The notes below the pieces were generated by a model. The model ran no database searches and was not told the origin of the DNA. It worked only from the letters and a program-made list of their open reading frames with translations. Both the position numbers and the translations under genes were made by a program. From a virus (taxonomy: Duplodnaviria > Caudoviricetes): 29,046 nucleotides of DNA. The stretch covers positions 1-29,046 of IMG/VR virus record IMGVR_UViG_3300012940_000085. One strand, written 5' to 3'. Shown piece after piece: positions 16,438-24,607 of the stretch (its first letter is position 1; each line of letters begins with the position of its first letter).

Positions 16438-16943
16438 TAGTCCTCTGGTGCCGGGTCATCTTCAAAGGTGATAGAAGCACCCTTTATGGCTCTACCACCG
16501 CTCGTAACATCTAAAGTAGCATCTGCCTTACCAAACGCACGGTCAAGCATGTCAGATATAGTTTTACTATCAGGCACTTTTGTTGTGATGAAGAAATAAT
16601 CGTCACATTTAGAGCCTTCTTCATAGTCTTTAACTTTCATGCTACCGTCTACACCCTCGTTCTCGTCAAGGAATCGACTTATTATGTCTGGGTCAGTAAC
16701 CAGCTCAGGCTTGCGCCTATTGCCCTTAGAATCGGTATGAATAACGAATAGCATCTGTGTGCCGGTAGCTAGGGATAGCTGGGCGTTGAAAAGCTTGTCT
16801 GCGTTTTTACGAACCCTATCGAGGTATTCACGCTTAACAGCCATAGCTTCAATGGTTGACTTATTGAGCTTACCTTTAGGTCGCCCACTACCTGGTTGAG
16901 GGCCGCCCTTCTTTCGTTTGACGGGTTGTTTATTATCTGTCAT
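16437..16943 (-). CDS. terS: Terminase small subunit
   Basis: GGPQPGSGRPKG N-terminus, MLDRAFGKA...DVTSGG C-terminus; coupled to terL. Confidence 0.8.
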   Translation of the reverse strand: MTDNKQPVKRKKGGPQPGSGRPKGKLNKSTIEAMAVKREYLDRVRKNADKLFNAQLSLATGTQMLFVIHTDSKGNRRKPELVTDPDIISRFLDENEGVDGSMKVKDYEEGSKCDDYFFITTKVPDSKTISDMLDRAFGKADATLDVTSGGRAIKGASITFEDDPAPED

Positions 16944-16976
16944 AGGTTAAAAAATCTAAAAACCTTCCTACTATAT

Positions 16977-16992
16977 ATTGTAGCTAGGGTGA
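16977..16992 (-). promoter_or_regulatory. Degenerate late promoter motif, copy 7, ahead of terS
   Basis: TCACCCTAGCTACAAT followed by ATATAGTAGG, the same spacing and downstream TAGTAGG as copies 4 and 5. Confidence 0.5.
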
Positions 16993-16996
16993 GATT

Positions 16997-17356
16997 TTAC
17001 TTGAGGAGTTCTGGGTTTTCATAGATGTTGCCGACAACTACAAACCAAATATTATCGCCCGATACATCAATAGGCATGTGTCCAAATAACCAACAGTGTG
17101 TATTGAATTGAGTTTCAAAAAATTCTCCGAAAGTTACCAACCCTCTTGTAGGTCTTAGGTCTCTACCTTGTTGCTCTACTATATCCCCCTCAAATATCTT
17201 TGTACCGTTTTTGTCGAGGAGGCCGGTGAATTGCATGATATGATGATCTTCACCGTCACCCCATTCACCAATAAGATCTAATACGAGACCTTGTTCATAA
17301 ACCATCTTCTTTTCTTCGACGAACCACGCCCTAAACTCTATAGGTCTGTTAGTCAT
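16997..17356 (-). CDS. YopX family protein
   Basis: IEFRAW...MQFTGLLDKNGTKIFEGDIV...VVGNIYENPELL. Confidence 0.92.
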   Translation of the reverse strand: MTNRPIEFRAWFVEEKKMVYEQGLVLDLIGEWGDGEDHHIMQFTGLLDKNGTKIFEGDIVEQQGRDLRPTRGLVTFGEFFETQFNTHCWLFGHMPIDVSGDNIWFVVVGNIYENPELLK

Positions 17357-17547
17357 GATAAGCTCTCCAGAACATCTTTAGTGTGTTGTTTTAAGTGCTC
17401 ACTACACAAGGCATTTCCAATAACTTTTCCGTTTCTATCAAATTGTGTCAGACATTTATCGCAGTCGTTGAATTCTTGTTTGTCAGTAAGTGCTGTGAAA
17501 TCATTTGATTTATTATCATTCATCTTTTTCTCGTCCATAATATTCAA
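17353..17547 (-). CDS. Hypothetical protein (CxxC...CxxH)
   Basis: Fills the gap in the operon; ATGA overlap with the YopX gene. Confidence 0.55.
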   Translation of the reverse strand: MNIMDEKKMNDNKSNDFTALTDKQEFNDCDKCLTQFDRNGKVIGNALCSEHLKQHTKDVLESLS

Positions 17548-18516
17548 TTATACCCCTAATAAACCGATAAGTTTATCTTTACTTACCCTTGCAATCCCAT
17601 ACTTACAGTCCCGTATCCCGAATGAGATAAGCAGATCGCCATTATGCTCAACCATCCCTGCAGCAAACTCAATATTTTCATGAGTACCGAATCTGAACGG
17701 TCTGCTAAGATGAGTTACTATTCCTTCTCTATCGTGTCTAGCGAGGTAATGCCTGTAAATATACTTATCGTAGATATTCTGAGTACGAACTAATCTCAAT
17801 GAAGAATCAATAACTTTGTCATGGACGACGCTTATATATGTTCCATCTTCTTGAAGAAGAAGCTGTGAACCCCCGTGTATGATCCCATCGTACTTAACAC
17901 CTAAAATGTGACCTCCTTGCCAAACTTGTGTTGGAGAATAGGTAAATTCAAAATAAGCTGTTTCTTCGTCAGGTGGTGACCAATTCTTTTCTACTAGGTT
18001 TGTATCAGGTTTTTGAAGCGTTCTAATATACTGTAGCGTGTCGCCCCTAATGACGTATTCAGCCAGTGAGGCAGAAGCATTATGCAGCGACCTGGTGAGC
18101 CTATCAGATTCAAAGCCAATAGCGTGCATACCATCTTTTCTTGAGAATAGGCGTACATCTTCCAGCCCTGCGGTGAGTATTGTATTCGGGGAATCATTAC
18201 TAAGCTTGAGCTTTTGCAAGTTTGATACCAATAGCGTTTCAGGGTCTAAATCACCATATAATACATCTGTCTTAGAATATGCGCTGCCATCCCTGAAATA
18301 CCATTTGCCGCGTCTTTCAACAGCAAAGTTACAACTTCTAATAGCAATTTTTAATATTCCGTTGTGCCACGCAATTGAAGGGTTAAAATATCGCATTGCA
18401 GGATCGTCTATTTCCCCGTAAATGCGGAGTTCTGTATCAAGTTCCTGGAGGTCTATCGTCTCAACCACACTTGGTCTTGTATTGCTTCGCCCCATTCGTT
18501 CTCTAGTGCGGTACAT
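17548..18516 (-). CDS. Five-bladed beta-propeller glycoside hydrolase/phosphorylase-like protein (GH130/GH43 clan)
   Basis: FNPSI, GLEDVRLF, EKNWSP, HGGSQ, IEFAAGM, ISFGIRD motifs; true start is probably a GTG near 18466-18469. Confidence 0.75.
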   Translation of the reverse strand: MYRTRERMGRSNTRPSVVETIDLQELDTELRIYGEIDDPAMRYFNPSIAWHNGILKIAIRSCNFAVERRGKWYFRDGSAYSKTDVLYGDLDPETLLVSNLQKLKLSNDSPNTILTAGLEDVRLFSRKDGMHAIGFESDRLTRSLHNASASLAEYVIRGDTLQYIRTLQKPDTNLVEKNWSPPDEETAYFEFTYSPTQVWQGGHILGVKYDGIIHGGSQLLLQEDGTYISVVHDKVIDSSLRLVRTQNIYDKYIYRHYLARHDREGIVTHLSRPFRFGTHENIEFAAGMVEHNGDLLISFGIRDCKYGIARVSKDKLIGLLGV

Positions 18517-19109
18517 ATATAACCCCTTTCCTGCATGAATAATGCTATATCTAAATTAGTTTTATCTCTCGCTACGCCTTCAATCTCTGTCTCTAGGTGA
18601 AATACTCGGACATTTCTGAGGTATTTGCCCAGCCCCTCCAGCGCCTCCCAGGTATAGTGCTCTATATCAATTTTCATAATATCTATCTCAGTATTTTGGT
18701 GGCCGAGTTCTTTTATGACATCATCAAGGCGGCGGGTTGCAACTTTGATGGTGATCGTATCTTTAACCCATGGTTCATTCGCCCGATTGAGGTTCATGCT
18801 GCTGGAGCCAACCATATTGTTGTCACCATGTATTTGCAAGAATTCAGCTTTACCCTTTTTGTTAGATATTGCTTCAGTGATGAGTATAGCTTTAGGGTAA
18901 TTCTGTTTTATTACTTCAACTTGAGGGGGGTTACACTCGAATAGGACTATATCTGCATCATCCCAAAGCCTTTGACCGTCATAGATGCGTTGTGCGAGTT
19001 CTTCACCATCTTTGCCGTCTCTGCTGCCTACTTCGTATACCACTGGATTTTTTGTCAGCCCGAAATTATCCGTATAGGTTTTTACAGCTGTATGGAGCCA
19101 TTTATTCAC
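18453..19109 (-). CDS. FkbM family SAM-dependent methyltransferase
   Basis: VYEVGSRDG, LFECNP, AISNKKG, RRLDDV, DIMKIDIE. Confidence 0.88.
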   Translation of the reverse strand: MNKWLHTAVKTYTDNFGLTKNPVVYEVGSRDGKDGEELAQRIYDGQRLWDDADIVLFECNPPQVEVIKQNYPKAILITEAISNKKGKAEFLQIHGDNNMVGSSSMNLNRANEPWVKDTITIKVATRRLDDVIKELGHQNTEIDIMKIDIEHYTWEALEGLGKYLRNVRVFHLETEIEGVARDKTNLDIALFMQERGYICTALENEWGEAIQDQVWLRR

Positions 19110-19326
19110 AATCTAAAACTCCTCGCATAACATCTGAACCTGATACAACCTCATTGCTTGTCAGCTTATATACATTTTCGCCATCAACAACACATATTTC
19201 TTGAATGCCGTATTTGGAACCATATATTAGAATATTCTCCCTTTCCCGTTGCGCTGATGGCTCAGTTGTAGGTACTAAGATGTCCTTTCCTGCGTGTATA
19301 AATCTGAACCATAAATCATCTTTCAT
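19102..19326 (-). CDS. Hypothetical protein
   Basis: Overlap-coupled ORF inside the glycan cassette. Confidence 0.6.
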   Translation of the reverse strand: MKDDLWFRFIHAGKDILVPTTEPSAQRERENILIYGSKYGIQEICVVDGENVYKLTSNEVVSGSDVMRGVLDCE

Positions 19327-19970
19327 ATCCTATACTCCTTATATTCTTTAGATGTTTTCGATTTCTTATACCGATCTCGGTTATTTATGAGGTTATTGCG
19401 CCTAACTTCTGGTGATATTGAACTAGCAATACTGGAATCTTGATCAAGGCAATATATAAGCTTATCGCTGTTCACTACATCCATAGCCCTGTATGTGGTC
19501 AAACCTGCGTTATGGATTCGATTTGTCCAGTCTGTGTGTTCATACATTGCTTGTCCATACTCGGTATCCATGCCGCCGACAACATCTAACACTCTCCGTT
19601 CAACATAGAGCATCGCTCCTCTAGTGTGAGAATAAGCAACTATTTCATCATCCCGGTATAATTCACGCATATCTGATGCTGGCTTCCCAGGTAGTTTGAA
19701 TTGGTACATAAGATGAGGTTCTTTGGATTCAACGTATGGCTTCCACCATTCCTTAGATATGGGCCAGCAGTCATCATCGAAAAGGAAAATATCAGTGCAT
19801 CCTTCATCATATAAATATGATAAGCATCGGTTTTTTGTAATAGCTACACCAGTATACCCAAAGTCATTAATAACAATACCTGCCGAATTATTTGGTATAT
19901 ATCCTTCCCACCTTGCTGTGTCATAAGGCGTACGTTTTGGGGTAGTGCTTATACCGATACCGATCTTCAT
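19323..19970 (-). CDS. Glycosyltransferase, GT-A fold (GT2-like)
   Basis: KIGIGISTT, GVAITKNRCL, IFLFDDDCWP (DxD), VGGMD...YEHTDW. Confidence 0.85.
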   Translation of the reverse strand: MKIGIGISTTPKRTPYDTARWEGYIPNNSAGIVINDFGYTGVAITKNRCLSYLYDEGCTDIFLFDDDCWPISKEWWKPYVESKEPHLMYQFKLPGKPASDMRELYRDDEIVAYSHTRGAMLYVERRVLDVVGGMDTEYGQAMYEHTDWTNRIHNAGLTTYRAMDVVNSDKLIYCLDQDSSIASSISPEVRRNNLINNRDRYKKSKTSKEYKEYRI

Positions 19971-20581
19971 ATTTTGCTCCGTATATATTCCCCAATAGGC
20001 TGCCTTTTGAACGACAACTCGGTGGTACTAAGGTATGTCTTACTCTCAAAATCCTTGACGTTTTTTACGTCATCCATACACTCGCCACCAACGTCATAAG
20101 TATTTCCATAATATGAACGAATAAGGGGACATTTCCTGTGTTCTATACTTGTTTCAAGCTCCTGAATAATGTTATGTAGTTTCTCTTTATTGAAAAGAAA
20201 CGGTATGTGCAGTTCATAGGAAAGACCACTGCCCAACCTATCACGAGTCTCGATTATTGCTCTGGTATAGCTATCCCTAGAGTGCCTCGACGCAATATGT
20301 TCGTCTAAAGTACCCCTATGCGCGTATTGTGTCTCTGGCACTGGATTCAAAACAAAGAAATCATCGTTAAATAAATAGAAATCATCGGTTAAGTCAAGAT
20401 TATCTATAGCCCATTTCAGCTTCATAATCTGGTCGATATGAGAGGCATACCTATATGGTGATCTATCGTGCTGCTCAACGACGTGTATGTTTCTATGCGG
20501 AAAGTTCTTATTAATTAGTGCAAGGCATGCCTCTAGTTCACCAGAGGAGTTTTTGATATAAGGGATTACGATATCATTCAT
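19967..20581 (-). CDS. Stealth-like / GT-A sugar-phosphotransferase-like protein
   Basis: DIVIPY, ELEACLALI, DDFYLFNDDFF and YELHIP resemble Stealth conserved regions. Confidence 0.6.
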   Translation of the reverse strand: MNDIVIPYIKNSSGELEACLALINKNFPHRNIHVVEQHDRSPYRYASHIDQIMKLKWAIDNLDLTDDFYLFNDDFFVLNPVPETQYAHRGTLDEHIASRHSRDSYTRAIIETRDRLGSGLSYELHIPFLFNKEKLHNIIQELETSIEHRKCPLIRSYYGNTYDVGGECMDDVKNVKDFESKTYLSTTELSFKRQPIGEYIRSKI

Positions 20582-20766
20582 AGGTTAACTACTCTCGGGG
20601 GTTTTGTTGTGTGGTGGTAGCACTCACACACAGTACATCGATAGCTTCTAGTGTGCTTATCCTTATATTTCCGATTTCTGCGTTGAGCCGCACGCTTGGC
20701 TGAGTCATACGTATAAAAGGTTTTCTTTCTATCGCACGTAGAATATCTGAAAAAGCTAGTATACAT
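20578..20766 (-). CDS. Small basic zinc-finger protein
   Basis: C..KKTF...AKRAA...RSYRCTVCECYHHT. Confidence 0.7.
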   Translation of the reverse strand: MYTSFFRYSTCDRKKTFYTYDSAKRAAQRRNRKYKDKHTRSYRCTVCECYHHTTKPPRVVNL

Positions 20767-21130
20767 AGTAAATCCCTAATTCCTGAGGCGTAGATTTTGC
20801 ATGACTGAATTTGTCAAACAACTTATTGTCATCATTTATAGCTATAATCTGCTCGTTAAACCACCTCTGAACCTCACGGTATTTGCTGTTTTTTGTCACT
20901 AACGTAAGGCCTTTGGTAACTCCTCGAATCGTTGCAGTACGGTGATAGATATGGATTTCATCTTCACCAGCTCTTTCAAGTGCGTTGTGGTTGGTGTATT
21001 TGTAACCTATACCTGGTTGATTTCGGCGGGTGAATTTAACTTTATGACGTGTTGCATAGACATAGAGTGAGTCGATCTCTGGTATTTTTTTGCTTATCGT
21101 TTGGCGTGATACTAATAATTCTCTACTCAT
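20756..21130 (-). CDS. Hypothetical protein
   Basis: 124 aa basic ORF coupled to its neighbours. Confidence 0.65.
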   Translation of the reverse strand: MSRELLVSRQTISKKIPEIDSLYVYATRHKVKFTRRNQPGIGYKYTNHNALERAGEDEIHIYHRTATIRGVTKGLTLVTKNSKYREVQRWFNEQIIAINDDNKLFDKFSHAKSTPQELGIYYVY

Positions 21131-21693
21131 TTTTTGTTATCCATTATTAATATGTCATGCTTACCACCAACAGATACGATGTAATCAGACGTAAGATCAA
21201 TCGCGAGCTTTAACCTATCCTCAACGCTTAAATCTGATTTGGCATTTTCAAACGTTGCCATTACTGCATGAGCATATACTTCACCTGAACCAGTGGTGTC
21301 GTATGGGAGTACAGTTTCTAGTAAAGCAAGATCGCCTTGCCATTTGTAAATACTACCTTCATAAATAAATATAAATTCAGATCGCATATTGTCTATGACC
21401 CCGTCTTTATTTCGAAGTGTTTCATGCTCCTTAAAAAACTTCTTTAATGCATGTGCAAATTGGTTATACATATACCCGCTGGCTGATTCACCAACATTAC
21501 GTTTTGGCGGTGTAAAGTCTTTCTCAAGTAGCTGTAATTCTTTATATGAACCACAGCCTCCGGCAAGTATGTCATCGCCTATCATGAATATTTTTTTATT
21601 CTTATAGATAGACCCTGAATAGCCATTCGACCCCATACTGTCGCTTGCAATATATGATTTATCTTTACCCACATATCCAATAATTAGTGTCAT
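21127..21693 (-). CDS. HslV / proteasome beta-like Ntn-fold peptidase
   Basis: M-T start (Thr nucleophile), IASDS, KKIF, AGGCGS, TGSGEVYA, SVGG. Confidence 0.8.
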   Translation of the reverse strand: MTLIIGYVGKDKSYIASDSMGSNGYSGSIYKNKKIFMIGDDILAGGCGSYKELQLLEKDFTPPKRNVGESASGYMYNQFAHALKKFFKEHETLRNKDGVIDNMRSEFIFIYEGSIYKWQGDLALLETVLPYDTTGSGEVYAHAVMATFENAKSDLSVEDRLKLAIDLTSDYIVSVGGKHDILIMDNKK

Positions 21694-21914
21694 TTCAATA
21701 GCCCCTCCAAAGGCTCATTTAAACTTAATGCTACGTTTTCATGTACGATAAATGGAAAATCAATCCCATAAGCCAATGCTTTTTCTCGGTGTTGTTGCTG
21801 CTTTCGTATGTCTATTCTTGTGAGCGGTAGCCCATGCTTGGCTGCAAAGCGTCGTAATTCCCTCCACTGTTGTTTTCGTACACAAGGAGTACAGACGTTA
21901 TCGTAAAGAATCAT
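21690..21914 (-). CDS. Glutaredoxin/thioredoxin-like small protein
   Basis: ILYDNVCTPC near the N-terminus and DFPFIV cis-Pro-like motif. Confidence 0.6.
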   Translation of the reverse strand: MILYDNVCTPCVRKQQWRELRRFAAKHGLPLTRIDIRKQQQHREKALAYGIDFPFIVHENVALSLNEPLEGLLK

Positions 21915-22237
21915 ATATGCCTCTCCAGTTTCGTTACTAACAATTCAAGCCCATACATCTGGCTATTCACACCAGGCCTAAACTTGCAGTAATCTATTAA
22001 ATCAGCGACGTTTTTTATCTTGCCAGATACAACAAGTTTCCTTATATTTGCGTACTGTTTTCTATAATTCCTGTGGTAATACTTAATTTTGTAAAGTTGT
22101 AATGGTGTAGCTACTAGAACTTCATCACTCTTAAATGCAAATAAGAGCGTATTACTCACTCTTCGGATTTCATAGTCACTTAATTGGCTAGAGCACGATT
22201 CAACCATATTAGGTACGCCGTGGATGGTCTGCATCAC
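21911..22237 (-). CDS. Hypothetical protein
   Basis: Coupled ORF, no recognised motif. Confidence 0.6.
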   Translation of the reverse strand: MMQTIHGVPNMVESCSSQLSDYEIRRVSNTLLFAFKSDEVLVATPLQLYKIKYYHRNYRKQYANIRKLVVSGKIKNVADLIDYCKFRPGVNSQMYGLELLVTKLERHI

Positions 22238-22485
22238 ACTAATCTCTCAAGTAAAATTACGATACCTACAGTCGCAAAATATCCGATTACTCCTATACCG
22301 TTGGCAACTGAGAATGGTATTGAAATCCACAGAGAAAGGCAGACGGTACAACTCAAGAAATTATGTAACGGCTCTATAGATCTAAGTCTTAGAAATACAT
22401 CAGCCACCCCATCATACTGAGAAATCAATGTAGCAATTCCAAAAGTCGCTAATGCAGTAAACAATACACTCAGAAAGTCAAACAT
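22234..22485 (-). CDS. DUF1360-like membrane protein with CxxC
   Basis: ALATFGIATLI...FLRLR...LSCTVCLSLW pattern. Confidence 0.7.
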   Translation of the reverse strand: MFDFLSVLFTALATFGIATLISQYDGVADVFLRLRSIEPLHNFLSCTVCLSLWISIPFSVANGIGVIGYFATVGIVILLERLV

Positions 22486-22499
22486 ACGCCCCCATCAGA

Positions 22500-22734
22500 A
22501 ATCAGCACTCAGTAGGGGTCTTACTCTAAGGGAGACGAGGCGACGTACCTATAACACCCCTTCGCGCAAGGGTGTTAATTATTAGGTGGATATAAAGCAG
22601 TCTCACACACCCTCAACTAATTGAGATATGCCCGCTCTATGTTTAGCCGCCTCATATGGATAAAAGAAAAGGAGTCCGAAGACTCCTACTAAATGCTGAT
22701 TTTAAAAACTAAAGAGTGTTGGTTTACCTTGATT
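22500..22734 (-). ncRNA. Structured leader / attenuator RNA
   Basis: 23-nt imperfect inverted repeat (22500-22522 / 22679-22701) enclosing GAGGCGGC/GTCGCCTC, CTCAA/TTGAG and TAACACCCTT/AGGGGTGTTA helices. Confidence 0.55.
22662..22687 (-). terminator. Intrinsic terminator with cUUCGg tetraloop
   Basis: AGGAGTC-TTCG-GACTCCT-TTTCTTTT on the minus strand. Confidence 0.8.
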
Positions 22735-22740
22735 ACTCGC

Positions 22741-22769
22741 ATATTACCATGAGCATTGTTATATTGCAA
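22741..22769 (-). promoter_or_regulatory. Sigma70-type promoter
   Basis: TTGCAA, 17 nt, TAATAT with extended TG. Confidence 0.65.
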
Positions 22770-22771
22770 TA

Positions 22772-22927
22772 CTAAAACGGATCCATTTCCGGAACATCCT
22801 GCTGCGGCATTGTCAGCCCACAATGCTTACACTTATTGGTCACCCCTCCTGCTGCCAAAGGTTTTACTTCTGGTTCGTGTTGGCCGTTCGGTCCGTAGAG
22901 GCAGTACTCGTAATTCACATCATCCAT
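22772..22927 (-). CDS. 51-aa hypothetical protein (C..H..CxxC), probably leaderless
   Basis: Manual translation MDDVNYEYCLYGPNGQHEPE...KCKHCGLTMP...; TGcTATCAT ends 6 nt before the ATG. Confidence 0.6.
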   Translation of the reverse strand: MDDVNYEYCLYGPNGQHEPEVKPLAAGGVTNKCKHCGLTMPQQDVPEMDPF

Positions 22928-22941
22928 GTATATATGATAGC

Positions 22942-22973
22942 AAAAGCGCCCTACTGACAGGGCGCTCCTTTTT
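22942..22973. terminator. Intrinsic terminator (probably bidirectional)
   Basis: AGCGCCCT-N6-AGGGCGCT flanked by A and T runs. Confidence 0.75.
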
Positions 22974-23022
22974 CGTGAACCTTCATACAGGTCTTACAGA
23001 GTTTTGTTGGCATAGCAATATT

Positions 23023-23142
23023 TTACCTCGTTTTACTCCAATATTCCTTTACCTTTGAACCGTATTTAACTTCCAAGGCTAACTTAATCCGTTTTATTTC
23101 AGACTTAAATGCTTGGAATTGGGTTTCGTTTACGTCGGTCAT
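23023..23142 (-). CDS. 39-aa hypothetical protein
   Basis: MTDVNETQFQAFKSEIKRIKLALEVKYGSKVKEYWSKTR; ATGA overlap with the upstream gene. Confidence 0.5.
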   Translation of the reverse strand: MTDVNETQFQAFKSEIKRIKLALEVKYGSKVKEYWSKTR

Positions 23143-23456
23143 GATCTGACCCTTTCAGGCTTTATATCAAATGTTTCGCCAAGTGATGCAGTGGCGTAGT
23201 GGTCACCGCAACACGAAAGATATTGACCGTTTTTAGCACCTTTCGGAGTACCGCAGGTAGCCCATTTATGACAGTTCATCACTACACATTCACCATCTGG
23301 GGCAGGATGTGGATCTGAATATCCTAATACATCAAATGCATGTTCCAGAGCCGATAAACCACCTGTGAATAAGCTCGCAGGTTTCTTCTCATCGCCATTT
23401 GCCTTATATGCGAATTGCCAGACCATATCCTCAAGGGCATCTTTGTATGTACTCAT
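23139..23456 (-). CDS. Hypothetical Cys-rich protein
   Basis: GGAG SD; CxxxxC...CCxxH. Confidence 0.7.
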   Translation of the reverse strand: MSTYKDALEDMVWQFAYKANGDEKKPASLFTGGLSALEHAFDVLGYSDPHPAPDGECVVMNCHKWATCGTPKGAKNGQYLSCCGDHYATASLGETFDIKPERVRS

Positions 23457-23678
23457 CTATTCTCCTTCCTTATTAGTAGTTGTCGGCTTGGAAATTGGTG
23501 CCAAAGCTAACACTTTTCCATACCTTTCACATTCTTGGTTATCGCAATAACTTAGGATTCCTTTCTTCCATGTAATCTTTGGATTTGAGAAAGACCCTCC
23601 ACTATCAAAGCTTTCTATATATTTCATTACTTCAAATGTTTCAAGCTTATCTCCACATTGAGTGCAATAATAACTCAT
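23457..23678 (-). CDS. Zinc-ribbon hypothetical protein
   Basis: YCTQCG...YCDNQEC. Confidence 0.7.
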   Translation of the reverse strand: MSYYCTQCGDKLETFEVMKYIESFDSGGSFSNPKITWKKGILSYCDNQECERYGKVLALAPISKPTTTNKEGE

Positions 23679-24007
23679 AGGATTTTCTCCGCTTCAAGTT
23701 TTTCATAGAGAGCCTTGGCTGCTTGGAGAGGGGTATCAGCTTCACAAAATGTATCATTGCTCCGAAAGTCCTTAGCATCTTCTTTTCTGACCACCCAGGC
23801 AGCATATGTATCACCAGATTTACTGATGTTTGATTTATCTGGCAACCTCTCTAAATACCATTCCAAGTTAGGATCGGTAGGTTGTTCGGAGATGGCTTGG
23901 TTAAACAATTCTACTAATGGATTAACGAACTCTGGGTATGGGTATACTCCACTTTCCTGCAACGTAAATGCTATCTTAGTTTTCAAGTCCTCTGTTGATG
24001 TGGTCAT
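23675..24007 (-). CDS. Hypothetical phage protein
   Basis: PNLEWYLERLP...ADTPLQAAKALY; coupled to neighbours. Confidence 0.7.
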   Translation of the reverse strand: MTTSTEDLKTKIAFTLQESGVYPYPEFVNPLVELFNQAISEQPTDPNLEWYLERLPDKSNISKSGDTYAAWVVRKEDAKDFRSNDTFCEADTPLQAAKALYEKLEAEKIL

Positions 24008-24094
24008 ACAAACCTTCCTAACTTATCTCTTTTAATCTTTCCGAGTGAACGACGGATGTGGAATCTGAATTGGTGGGTGGTCATGATTCCCTTC

Positions 24095-24403
24095 CTATAA
24101 TCTTTCTTTGCTCGTATGTAATGGGTATTTTGGTTCGAGTCGTTTTATCCATTCAATAGGGATAGTTTTACGCTTCGTGTCTGCTAAGTAATACATGGCT
24201 TGATTCCAAACCTCACTCATACCGTCTGTGAATCCTTGTTCATATGACTTAACATCACGCTCTTTCACTGCATTGTTGAGGGCTGATTTGGCACCGTCTC
24301 TAAAGCCTTTATAATCTCCTCTTCTTGTAACAACATTGAGAGAAAAGTCGTCTAAAATTTCATCTACCGCTTCATCCCATGTTTTAGGTGTAGGTGTGCT
24401 CAT
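24095..24403 (-). CDS. Hypothetical protein
   Basis: 102 aa with a YEQGFTDG motif common in small phage proteins. Confidence 0.65.
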   Translation of the reverse strand: MSTPTPKTWDEAVDEILDDFSLNVVTRRGDYKGFRDGAKSALNNAVKERDVKSYEQGFTDGMSEVWNQAMYYLADTKRKTIPIEWIKRLEPKYPLHTSKERL

Positions 24404-24607
24404 GCCATTAATATCCTTGTCATTCTGCTAACGCAATTAGGGTTATACAAAATTATTTGTTCTTTAGTTAAAACACTGTAATTGCTGCTGAGGTAATTTA
24501 TTGGTGTTAGTGTGCTCATTTCGGCTCTCCATAGCTACAGGGTACGTGGCTGCAAAAACCATATACCTGTGATTTAATGCAGAGATAAGGTGTAAGTGTG
24601 TTAGGCA

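Noticed and set aside
22756-23058. 100-aa plus-strand ORF
   Set aside because: Crosses a terminator and is antisense to a 51-aa ORF that has its own promoter.
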